Below, one piece after another: positions 22,471-31,681 of a stretch of DNA of 64,000 nt (position 1 is its first letter; each line of letters opens with the position of its first letter). Below the pieces are notes generated by a model. It searched no databases. It was not told where the DNA came from and was given only the letters and a program-made list of their open reading frames with translations. This DNA comes from an uncultured Verrucomicrobiae bacterium (GTDB lineage Bacteria; Verrucomicrobiota; Verrucomicrobiia; Chthoniobacterales; UBA10450): assembly GCA_963834385.1 (NCBI GenBank), contig CAWIBO010000002.1, forward strand, positions 160,001 to 224,000, in the 5' to 3' direction. The position numbers and the translations under genes are program-made.

Positions 22471-23262
22471 GTGATCTCTCGTTCGCTCGCCTTCGCCGTT
22501 ATCGGGCTTCTCATCGTCTCCGGGAGCGAAGCCGCGCCGCCATCCCCTCCGGGCCCGACGGTGCCGCAGCTGACAAAAGTCGTCGGCGACGTCCGCCTGG
22601 TCACCTCGCGGGGCAGCACCGCGGCCAAGCCAGGCGCGCCGGTTGCCGACGGGGTGCTTCTCTCGACCGGCCAGGGATCACGCGCGGAAGTCACCTTCCC
22701 CGATGCGCGAATCCTCCGGGCCGGTTCCGGCACCACCGTGATCGTTGGGAGCAGCGGGCTGATTGATTTGCGGCGGGGCGTCATCCTTTTTTCCCAGCCG
22801 CCGGGCCTGGTCGCCCGGACACAGGTTGTGACCTCGGGCCTCGTGACCCAGCTGAAAAACGGAACTTTCATGGTCGAGAACCAGCCGCCGCAGTTTGTGA
22901 AGTTCATGGGTTTAAATGGCGAACCCCGCGTTTCCCTGCGGACCAACCCGAAGGAAGGGGTCGAACTGCCCCCCGGGCGCATGCTCATCGTGCCGCCGCA
23001 GGGGCCCCTGACCGCGCCGGTGGAATTCGAGCTCGGGGCCGTGGTGACCAGCTCGCTCTTGTCGAAGAATTTTCGTCTGCTGCCGGCGTATCAATCGATC
23101 CAGCAGGAGGTTGCGAAGCAAAAGCGGGCCCGCTCTAAGGGCGACCTGGTGGAGACAAACCTGATGATCGACGGCGGCGGCACCCTGGTGAAACTGCTTC
23201 CGACCAAGGCCACGCCGGCGCCCAGCCCCACGGCTTCGCCGAAGGGCCCTTCTTCCCCGTGA
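22471..23262 (+). CDS. Secreted FecR-domain protein (short)
   Basis: Signal peptide; LSTGQGSRAEVTFPD..ILRAGSGT is FecR-like; paralogous to the N-terminus of 24441-29927. Confidence 0.72.
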   Translation: MISRSLAFAVIGLLIVSGSEAAPPSPPGPTVPQLTKVVGDVRLVTSRGSTAAKPGAPVADGVLLSTGQGSRAEVTFPDARILRAGSGTTVIVGSSGLIDLRRGVILFSQPPGLVARTQVVTSGLVTQLKNGTFMVENQPPQFVKFMGLNGEPRVSLRTNPKEGVELPPGRMLIVPPQGPLTAPVEFELGAVVTSSLLSKNFRLLPAYQSIQQEVAKQKRARSKGDLVETNLMIDGGGTLVKLLPTKATPAPSPTASPKGPSSP

Positions 23263-23311
23263 TTTAGAAGCTTGACGCGGGAAATGGTCCCCGCCACAAA
23301 GGACGCCTCAT

Positions 23312-24268
23312 ATGATTCCCGATCTGTCTGCCGCCGTCCGCGCGGGCCGCCAATTTTTCCTCTGTGCGGGCTTTCTTGGCCTGTCCGCCGCTTCCGTTTT
23401 TGCCCAAGGCGAGGTTGATCGCGCCCAGCTTTTCCGCCAGTCAGCCCCGGTGCCGATGGCGCCGAGCGAGAACGGGGTGGAGGAATTCGGTCAGGCTCCA
23501 GCCTCGCCGAACGATTCCGACATGGGCGAGCAGCGGATCCTGAAGCGGCAGCAGGATTACGAGCCGTTCACCTTCAGTAGCGGCATTCCGATCTATTACA
23601 CCTCGAACGTGGGGTTGACCCGCAGCGGCGAAATCGGGGATGTCGTCTACGTTCCTCAGGTGGCGCTGACGTATCAGCCGCAACTGACCAGGACACTTTT
23701 CGCGGAAGCCACCATCCAACAGCAGCAATTCTACTACGGCGAATTCGACGCGCTCGATTTCGGCGCCTTTGATGTCGGCGGCGGACTGCTCTACGTGGTC
23801 CCCCGGGCCAGTAACCTGATGCTGCGCGCGAGATACAACTTTAACCGGCTGACCGATGACGATTTCTGCGAGTTCTATGCGAACCACTCGCTCTTTTTCA
23901 GCGCCGAGGTGCCACTGCGCTACGGCCGCGCCCATCAGGTCACCCTCGGGGCCAACGCCAACGTCAGTCTTTACGCGATGCCGGATGGCCCGCAGCGGAC
24001 CGATTACGAAACCTACGCCGCCTATTCGCTCAATATTTCGCGGCAATTCAATCTCACCGCCTCGGGCCGGTTGTCCTTCCGGGATTACTACGAGACCGAC
24101 CGCACCGACGTCTCGGAGATCCTCGCCTTCGTCGCCACCTACCGTTTCAATGATTGGGCCGCCATCAGCGCGATCAGCTCCTTCGCCTGGAACCAGTCAA
24201 ACCAGTCGGTCTTCGATTACCACGTGGCCAACGCCGGCGGCGCGGCGGCGTTCACCTTCCGCTTTTAG
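23312..24268 (+). CDS. Outer-membrane beta-barrel protein of unknown function
   Basis: Signal peptide, alternating Tyr/Phe-rich beta strands, C-terminal AFTFRF (BAM-type terminal Phe). Confidence 0.75.
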   Translation: MIPDLSAAVRAGRQFFLCAGFLGLSAASVFAQGEVDRAQLFRQSAPVPMAPSENGVEEFGQAPASPNDSDMGEQRILKRQQDYEPFTFSSGIPIYYTSNVGLTRSGEIGDVVYVPQVALTYQPQLTRTLFAEATIQQQQFYYGEFDALDFGAFDVGGGLLYVVPRASNLMLRARYNFNRLTDDDFCEFYANHSLFFSAEVPLRYGRAHQVTLGANANVSLYAMPDGPQRTDYETYAAYSLNISRQFNLTASGRLSFRDYYETDRTDVSEILAFVATYRFNDWAAISAISSFAWNQSNQSVFDYHVANAGGAAAFTFRF

Positions 24269-24440
24269 GCTCCGGGCTCCCGGGAAATTGGCGCCTTCCT
24301 GCCCGGGTGCTCGCTAAAGAGCGTTTTTCGCAGAAAAAGTTGCTCCGGCGCGCATTTTTGGCTCGCTTCCGGGGGGGTGGCCCGGTTCAGATATTCCCTG
24401 TCGCAATGGCTCCAAGCCGGGCGGCATCTTCCGGTTCATC

Positions 24441-27400
24441 ATGAAAAAACATTTCCCGTTTTCCCACCGTCCGTTCCGCCTCGTTCTTTCCGTCGTGCTC
24501 GCGCTTTTGCTCCTGCAGGCGTCCGGCCAGGCGGCCCAGCTCAAGGAGGCCAAGGTCAGCCAGGTCATTAAGGAGGTGAACCTCCTTCCCGGCCAGGCCA
24601 ATCCGCGCCCGGCCGCGGTCAATGACCCCATTGATGAGAACACCGCCGTCCGGACCGGGGGCGAATCGCGCGCGGAGCTGACTTTTTCCGACCTGACCAT
24701 CACCCGCCTGGGCGAGAATACCGTTTTCAGTTTCGACAAGGGAACGCGCAACGTGAACCTCGGCGGCGGCGCCCTGCTTCTCCATGTGCCGAAAAATTCC
24801 GGGGGCGCAAAGATTCGCACCGCCGCGGTCACGGCCGCCATCACCGGGACGACTGTCCTGATGGAGTATCACAAGGACGTTTACAAATTCATCGTGATTG
24901 AAGGCACCGCCTGCGTTTGTCCCTCCGACCTGAAGCAGGAGGAAGAGAACGGGCTCGCCATGGCGCAGGTGCAGAAGAAGGAGCTGCAGGCGGGGGAGGA
25001 GTCGCCCTGCGACGAGGCGCAATTCAGCGAGGAAGACAACGTGGCCACGGGTGGCGCTTGCCGCGAAGTGCTCGCGGGCCAGATGCTGATGGGCCGGCCC
25101 GGCGAACCGCTGACCGATCCGCTCGATGTGGACATCAGCGCCATTTTGGAAACTTCGGCCTTGATCACCGATTTCCCGCCGCTGGACAGCCAGAACGAGA
25201 TGGAACAGACCGCAGACGATCAAAAAGGCGGCCAAAGCAATGGGACCTTCATCGCGGTCGCGGGCCTTGGCCTGGGTGATCCCACAAATATCAACGAGCA
25301 GGACCAGGCCAACAACCAGGAGTCACCGACTCCTTCGCCTTCGGCGACGGCCAGCCCGACGGCGACAGTAAGCCCGACCTCTCCGCCGCCGGCGCTGAAG
25401 TTCGGGACTCCGCCAGTCATCACCTCGCCCGACCCCTACGTGATTGATCCCAGCACCCTGATTGTGACTGATCCGACGATCACGACCAACGGGATCACGG
25501 ACGAGGGCCGGATTTATCGCGACAACGATGAGGACGGTCCTTTCACCGTTTGGGCTTTTGGCGATACCTCGGAGTTCGACGAGACCAGCGGGTTCGAGGG
25601 CGGGCCGGATACCGGCACGTTTTTGCAGGACATCACCGTCTTCAAGTTCGCCAATCTCATTCTCGCGGGTGATCCGATGATCGACACCGAAGGCGGCCCG
25701 GTGAATCTCGGGCTGGTCGCCGTGGGCGACCTGATGACGGAAGTGGTGGCGTTGCCCGGCGCGGGGCTGCAACCGGTCGCGATGACCTTTGCCGGCATCG
25801 AGACACTCTTGCTGGCGACGGTGGACGGGACGATCACCCTGGGGCCGGGTTACGAGTTCATGGGCACTGACCGCATGTTCATTTACGCCCGCGGCAGCGA
25901 GACCTCGCTCGTTATCGATTCCAACATCTCGACAAATAACGATCTGCGGCTCTACAGCGAGGGCCCGGTCACGCTGGGCGGCGACATGAGCACAACGAAC
26001 TTCAGTTCGTTCTCCGCGGGTGACTTTTCGCATACCGGCCTCATTGAGGCAGTCGGTTTTTATGTGACCTCGCTGGGAAATATTACGATCAACGGCGGGG
26101 AGGTGCCCGATGTGCCGGGGGGTGGAGGGGCGATCTACATGAATGCGACAGGCGCCCTGACAATTTTTGTCCAGGGTGGGGGAGAAAACGAAGCCAATAC
26201 CCGGGACTCGTTTGAAGCTTACGGTGAAACGATCAGTCTTTTCGTGGATGAACCGACTGACCTGGCCTTCGAAGCGGAGTCGCCGATCTTCAGCGCCGGC
26301 CTTGGCGGCATCCAGGCATCGAACGTGAATTTTGGAGCGGCCGACCTCCAGTTGCTCTCCTTGGGTGACATCAATATCAACGGCACCTTCCTGACCCCGA
26401 ATGCCACCTTTCTGGGCGGGCTGATTGACGCTGGCGGGTCGCTTAATTCCGGTGGCGACGTCACCATCCTGGAGATCTTCACCGGGCTCGACGTCGACGT
26501 GCAGGGGAGTGTTTTTGCCAGCACCGTGCAGGCGGGCGGATTGGTCAACGTCACCGATCGTCTGAGCGCCGGTTTCGTCTCGGCGGGGGGCGACATCACG
26601 GCAGGGACCGTCTCCGTGTTCGAGATTGACGCGACTTCGGGGATCCTGACCGCGACCTCCGGGGGCATCGTTCCCTACGTTTTCTCCTACGTTGAGCCGG
26701 AAATGGGCCCGCCGACCGATGGCGCGAATGCGGAGCATGTTTTTGACGTCCTGACGGTGGTGTCACCAGCCGGCATTGATTTCAGCGGCAACCAGTTTAA
26801 CGGGATCAGCGGTCTTTCCTCGGGCGGGAAGCTGACGCTCAACGTAGATTACATCAATTTCGATTCGACGATCGGGGTGGGCGCAGTTCATTTCGAAGGG
26901 GCGGACGCGGGAGCGTTCGACAACGATCCGGAAACGCCGGCGGGTGGCGGCGACGGCGGCACGTTTATCGTCAATGCCGCCGGGGAGATTTACGTCGGCG
27001 AACTGATCTCCGCGACCACAGGCCGGAACGAACAGGTATTCACTGGCACCGGCGCCGCCGGGAAGGGGCCATTTGTCAGCGGGAACGGGGGGACGGTCTT
27101 TCTGAACAGCGCGGCTGGCCCGATCACGGTCGATTCCACAATTATCGTCTCTTCAAATGACGACGCCCTCGTTGATGAAGTGCTGGGTCCCGACCCGGCG
27201 TTCGGCTTCGATCCTCCGCGCAACAGCGCGAGTGGAGGTGAGATCGGTCTCTACAGCCAGCTTGAGACCGGCCCGGCCATCACCCTGAATGAGGGTGGTT
27301 CGCTCCTGAGTCTGCTCGATTACTTTGCCCCGGGCCCGGGCGGGACCATCTCGCTCATCTCGGAGGGAGGCGATATTCTTGTCCTCGGTGAAATCAGGGC

Positions 27401-29927
27401 GGATCGCGGCACGATCACGATTTCTAGTAAGGGTATGCAGGCGCCTCTGGTCGGGCCGCGGGGTGGTCTCGAGGCCGTTTCGCTCGTGACCGTGGATGTG
27501 GGCTCCCTCACGGCGGAAACACTCAGCATCCTCTCTTCCGGCAACATCGATTTCGGCCTGGATGACGGCGTGCATGTCAATGCGGTGACCCTGACTCTCT
27601 CGGCCGAGAGCGACCTGAACATTGGCGGCCTTGATACAAGCGAAACTGCCTATGACTCGAGCGGTAACGTCACGATCGAAGCGGGGCAGGACATTACCAC
27701 GAGCGGAGCGTTGCTGGTGATGAGATCAAACGGCAGCCAGACGACCGGCTTGAATATTTCCCTGACGGCGGGGAACGTTCTATCGCTCTCGCATAATCTT
27801 GATCTCCAGGTTTACGGCGATGGTCTCGAGACCGGGGGAAATATCGACGTCGCGGCCGATGGAGGGATCACCGCGACCCGCTTCATTTATCTGGCGACGG
27901 AGGCGGACGATAACGTGGGAACCGGGCTCAACATCGACGTCGACTCCGGGGGAGCTTTCACCACGGGAGGTCTGCAAGCCTTCACCACACTCTACAGCGG
28001 CGAGATGACGGAAGGCGCGAACATCACCGTCAATGTCGACGGCGACATGGTCGCGACCGGCTTCGACACCGGGGACGGCATTATCTTTGGCAGCATCGCG
28101 CTGGGGACGGAGATTGGCGGCGACCTCGCCACCGGTGCGAACATCACGCTCGATGTCACCGGGACTCTTCAAACGTTGAGAAACTTCGACGCTGAGGTCT
28201 CTATCGATGGCGCCATCGGCACCGGTGGAAATATCGATATCAAGGTCGATGGACCCATCATTGTGGGCGAAGTGGCCTTCCCCTTCGTGCGCGGCCTGGA
28301 CCGCAAGGGAGGTCCACTGCCTATAAGCAACGGCAACTTGAGCCTGGTCGTGGAGGTTGATGACGCAGATATCACGGACGGTGGAAATATCCTCCTGGAG
28401 GGAGGCAGCGATCTCACTGCGGGCACGTTCCTTGCCGAAGTCGTGAACAGCGGTTTCATCGAGGATGGCGGCGGAATCAAGATCGATGTCGAAGGGACCA
28501 TCTCCGTGACGGATGCCACCTGGAGGATCCAAACCCCCCCCGGTCTTGGGAACTTCGAGCTCGCGGCCTTGACCGCTCTGGGGCCGACACTGGAAGTGGA
28601 GGCGGGTGCGCTCTTTGCCTTCGACCGGGTTGACGCCTACATCTACACCTCGTTTGGCTTCGCCGACCATGGAGAGGTTTCGCTGACCATCGCCGGGCCG
28701 ATCCAGGCCGGAACGCTCAATGTGCGCGGAAAGGTCATGGCCCAGGGCGACGTTTTTGCCTCCACGCTTTCCAGCACCGATGTGCAATCCGACTCTTCCA
28801 TCGCCGTCGGCGTCGGCGGGATTGTTCCCTTTCAGGTTGAACTCCTCCAGGAGACAGGCCTGCATCTTCTGAGCGCACCGGTTGTCAGCTCACTCGGCGG
28901 CATCGATTTTGACGGACAGGACGCCGATGGTGATTTTGCGGCGGCGACCCATGGCGGAAAGCTGCAGATCGATGCTGATGCGCTCACGGTCAGTTTCGTA
29001 GGGGACATCCAGAGCAGCGTCTCCGCCAACGGCGGCAACGGCTCCCTGTTCTTTACTGCCGGCAATGGTGGTTTGCTTGAGTTCAACACTGCCGGTGTCC
29101 TTTCCGTGGAGTCGGATATCGAGGCCACCAGCGGTTATATCGACGGGCAAATCACGGATGAGGCGCAGGGTGAAGGCGGGACCGTTAATCTGAATTCTTC
29201 TCAGGACACGGTCACGGTCGCCGCCCGCGTGGAAGTCTCCTCGAACGATCCGGAGCCGGACTCGAGCGCCACGCCCGCGCCGCCCCACCGTCGCAGCAGC
29301 AAAGGTGGAAACATCTCGGTCAAGAGCGGGAAGACCTCCGGCGTCGCGGTCAACATCGCCAATACAGGCCAGTTGCTCGCCTTGCTCGATTCCGCCACGG
29401 CCGGGCCCGGCGGCAAGATCGAGATTCACGCCACCACCGAGACGGGCAACAGCAGCCAGATCAATGTAAATGGCCGCGTCCAAGCCGACCAGGGGACAGT
29501 CGATATTCGCCACCAAGGTGACAATGGTGTCATCAACCTGACCAACGCCGACGTCCGGGCCGAGACGGTGAAGGTGGCCGCGCTCGGCACCAACGGCGCG
29601 CTCAACATCGGCGGCGGCCAACTCTCCGCCGACACCACGCTCAAACTCTATTCGCCTTCCAGCAACGGCACGATCAACTTCGTGGCCAATGTGAGCCTCT
29701 CCAGCCCGCAGAGCATCATCGCGGCCAACACGGTCAACATCAACAACGGCGTGGTCGTGCACATTAATTCCGCGAACCCGGCGGATGTCTTCACCACGAA
29801 CGCCAATTACACCAACTTCGGCGGCAACGGCAGCCTGACTGGCACGTTCTCAGGTGCGGGGGCGAATAATCCCCAGCCCCTGGCTGACAGGCCGCCGCTC
29901 GATGCGGCGCCTCCACCGGGTGGTTAA
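24441..29927 (+). CDS. Large (1828 aa) secreted protein: FecR domain + S/P/T linker + acidic G/T/D/N-rich beta-helix-like repeats
   Basis: Signal peptide; VRTGGESRAELTFSDLTITRLGENTVF (FecR); repeated TG(G/L/A)NI and GG.I.(I/L) motifs. Confidence 0.85.
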   Translation: MKKHFPFSHRPFRLVLSVVLALLLLQASGQAAQLKEAKVSQVIKEVNLLPGQANPRPAAVNDPIDENTAVRTGGESRAELTFSDLTITRLGENTVFSFDKGTRNVNLGGGALLLHVPKNSGGAKIRTAAVTAAITGTTVLMEYHKDVYKFIVIEGTACVCPSDLKQEEENGLAMAQVQKKELQAGEESPCDEAQFSEEDNVATGGACREVLAGQMLMGRPGEPLTDPLDVDISAILETSALITDFPPLDSQNEMEQTADDQKGGQSNGTFIAVAGLGLGDPTNINEQDQANNQESPTPSPSATASPTATVSPTSPPPALKFGTPPVITSPDPYVIDPSTLIVTDPTITTNGITDEGRIYRDNDEDGPFTVWAFGDTSEFDETSGFEGGPDTGTFLQDITVFKFANLILAGDPMIDTEGGPVNLGLVAVGDLMTEVVALPGAGLQPVAMTFAGIETLLLATVDGTITLGPGYEFMGTDRMFIYARGSETSLVIDSNISTNNDLRLYSEGPVTLGGDMSTTNFSSFSAGDFSHTGLIEAVGFYVTSLGNITINGGEVPDVPGGGGAIYMNATGALTIFVQGGGENEANTRDSFEAYGETISLFVDEPTDLAFEAESPIFSAGLGGIQASNVNFGAADLQLLSLGDININGTFLTPNATFLGGLIDAGGSLNSGGDVTILEIFTGLDVDVQGSVFASTVQAGGLVNVTDRLSAGFVSAGGDITAGTVSVFEIDATSGILTATSGGIVPYVFSYVEPEMGPPTDGANAEHVFDVLTVVSPAGIDFSGNQFNGISGLSSGGKLTLNVDYINFDSTIGVGAVHFEGADAGAFDNDPETPAGGGDGGTFIVNAAGEIYVGELISATTGRNEQVFTGTGAAGKGPFVSGNGGTVFLNSAAGPITVDSTIIVSSNDDALVDEVLGPDPAFGFDPPRNSASGGEIGLYSQLETGPAITLNEGGSLLSLLDYFAPGPGGTISLISEGGDILVLGEIRADRGTITISSKGMQAPLVGPRGGLEAVSLVTVDVGSLTAETLSILSSGNIDFGLDDGVHVNAVTLTLSAESDLNIGGLDTSETAYDSSGNVTIEAGQDITTSGALLVMRSNGSQTTGLNISLTAGNVLSLSHNLDLQVYGDGLETGGNIDVAADGGITATRFIYLATEADDNVGTGLNIDVDSGGAFTTGGLQAFTTLYSGEMTEGANITVNVDGDMVATGFDTGDGIIFGSIALGTEIGGDLATGANITLDVTGTLQTLRNFDAEVSIDGAIGTGGNIDIKVDGPIIVGEVAFPFVRGLDRKGGPLPISNGNLSLVVEVDDADITDGGNILLEGGSDLTAGTFLAEVVNSGFIEDGGGIKIDVEGTISVTDATWRIQTPPGLGNFELAALTALGPTLEVEAGALFAFDRVDAYIYTSFGFADHGEVSLTIAGPIQAGTLNVRGKVMAQGDVFASTLSSTDVQSDSSIAVGVGGIVPFQVELLQETGLHLLSAPVVSSLGGIDFDGQDADGDFAAATHGGKLQIDADALTVSFVGDIQSSVSANGGNGSLFFTAGNGGLLEFNTAGVLSVESDIEATSGYIDGQITDEAQGEGGTVNLNSSQDTVTVAARVEVSSNDPEPDSSATPAPPHRRSSKGGNISVKSGKTSGVAVNIANTGQLLALLDSATAGPGGKIEIHATTETGNSSQINVNGRVQADQGTVDIRHQGDNGVINLTNADVRAETVKVAALGTNGALNIGGGQLSADTTLKLYSPSSNGTINFVANVSLSSPQSIIAANTVNINNGVVVHINSANPADVFTTNANYTNFGGNGSLTGTFSGAGANNPQPLADRPPLDAAPPPGG

Positions 29928-29936
29928 AAACGAGAG

Positions 29937-30861
29937 CTAGCGGCGGCGCTTCGAATCGGCGTCGAGATAACCGGCTCCCAGGGCCACTCCCGACCGCCAC
30001 CAGGCCGGCGGCGGTGGCAAAGGGGACCGGATCAAACGGCGCGGGAGGCACGGAAACAATTCCCTGCTCGTCCGTGACTGCGGGTTCCCGGACGTAACGT
30101 CCGTGCCGCGGCGGTCGAAATGCATCCGCGAAAGCCTCGAGCCGCCGCGAGAGATCGCTTTCCCCCAGGGGAATGCCATGCCCGCAGGCCACCACGTTCG
30201 GACGAAGGTCGGCCAGCCGTTGCACCGACTCATGGGTGGCGTGCCAGTCGCAGTTAAAGGGCGCCCCGGCCCGGGCCAGGGTTTGGGCGCCGCCAATTAC
30301 TCCCTGCCACGAATCCATGTTCACCGTCGCAAAGGCGTCACCCGCCAGGAGAACGCGATCGGAGGCCCGGAAAAGCGCGACATGTCCCGGAGAGTGCCCG
30401 GGTGTATGCAGCCATTTCCAGCCGGCCAGGCCCGGAAGTTCGCCTTCGCGCAGTTCGCGCAGTTCGCGCAGGTGGGGCCCAAGGTCGCGTCGCCCATTCG
30501 GCATGAACCGGGAGAGAAAAGCGATGGCGCCGCCAATGGTCGGATCAGGCGGGGGATACTTCGACTTTCCGCTCAGGTAGGGCATTTCCAGGGGATGCGC
30601 GTAGACGGGAACGTCCCAATGCTCGGCCAGGGCGAGGGCCGACCCGGCGTGATCAAAGTGGCCATGGGTCAGAACAATCGCGGCCGGCTTCGCTCCGCTG
30701 CCAAACCGCGCCTCGGTCGCCTCGATGATCTGGCCCGCCCGGCCGGGCAGACCGGCGTCCACCAGCGTCCAGGGCGTGCCCGGGCGGCCGACGAAATAGA
30801 CGTTAACAAAACTGACCGGCAGCCAGCCGACATCAGGGGCAATGCGAAGAATGGGTCTCAT
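29937..30861 (-). CDS. MBL-fold metallo-hydrolase with C-terminal hydrophobic tail; frameshift near 29990
   Basis: LVDAG, THGHFDHAG, HTPGHSPGH, LAGD, GHG; repairing one base gives ...AGLVAVGVALGAGYLDADSKRRR* and removes the overlap with the upstream giant ORF. Confidence 0.85.
30445..30471. repeat. In-frame 9-bp tandem repeat (TTCGCGCAG)x3
   Basis: Encodes LRELRELRE in the MBL hydrolase. Confidence 0.8.
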
Positions 30862-30917
30862 GTTCCGATGTCCGGTGAAGAAAATCGTCTCTGCGGGGTC
30901 AGACGGTCGCTCCCACT

Positions 30918-31607
30918 TTACGGGATGACCAGGGTCTGCCCAACCTTAAGTTTGCCCGGGTCCTCAATTGTCCCCGCGTTGGCGGCATGAATTTCCTTCC
31001 AGCGCCGCGGGGACTGGTAAAGCTTGCGCGAGATCGAAACGAGGGTGTCGCCGGGTTCCACCACATAGGTGCGCGCTTTCTTGGAGCGGCTCGCCGCGGC
31101 CGGGGCGGCTGTCGTCGCGGGCCGACGCGGCGACGGGCTGGGCAGGGGACGTCCCGACCGGAGATATTCGAGATCGCGGCGCAGGGAAAGATTCTCGTTG
31201 CGCAATCGCGTCGCCTCGGCCCGTGTCACCACCGAGTCGCCGGAAAGTGAGGTGACCAGCTCCAGCTCGTCCCGTTTCATCAATTCCTTCACCTCCGCGG
31301 CATGTTTACCGGCCGGGCTCAGCGTCAGGTAGCGCTTGTAATGGTGCAGAGCGTTGAGCGGGTCCTTCATCTTGTCGTCATAAAGCAGCCCGAGCCGGTA
31401 ATGCACCTCGGCTGCTCCCTTCGTGCCGTCGAGCGCCGATTCATAAAGAGCGATGGCTTCCATGAAATTTCCGTCGCCGGTTTCCCGTTCGGCGTCCCGA
31501 AGCTTTTGCGTCCCGGCCGGGGTGATCATGCGGTCGCATCCTGAGGCCGTGAGGAGAAAAACCGCGAGCATCAACAGGCGCGCGCTCCCTGAACGAAAAC
31601 CTTTCAT
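30918..31607 (-). CDS. TPR + LysM lipoprotein
   Basis: LTASGC lipobox; TPR (AEVHYRLGLLY..NALHHYKRYL); LysM YVVEPGDTLVSISRKLY...LKVGQTLVIP. Confidence 0.88.
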   Translation of the reverse strand: MKGFRSGSARLLMLAVFLLTASGCDRMITPAGTQKLRDAERETGDGNFMEAIALYESALDGTKGAAEVHYRLGLLYDDKMKDPLNALHHYKRYLTLSPAGKHAAEVKELMKRDELELVTSLSGDSVVTRAEATRLRNENLSLRRDLEYLRSGRPLPSPSPRRPATTAAPAAASRSKKARTYVVEPGDTLVSISRKLYQSPRRWKEIHAANAGTIEDPGKLKVGQTLVIP

Positions 31608-31681
31608 CCGTTCACCCTCTTAGGATGCGTCGCGGAAGCGAGCAACAATTTTTCAGCCGCGGCGCAGAGGGGCGCGAAAGA

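Noticed and set aside
27655..28510. ~90-bp periodicity as a CRISPR or DNA repeat array
   Set aside because: The repeats are degenerate at DNA level and conserved only as protein motifs within an ORF; no cas genes.
29791..29936. Overlap between the MBL ORF and the giant protein's 3' end
   Set aside because: Disappears when the frameshift near 29990 is repaired (true stop at 29937).
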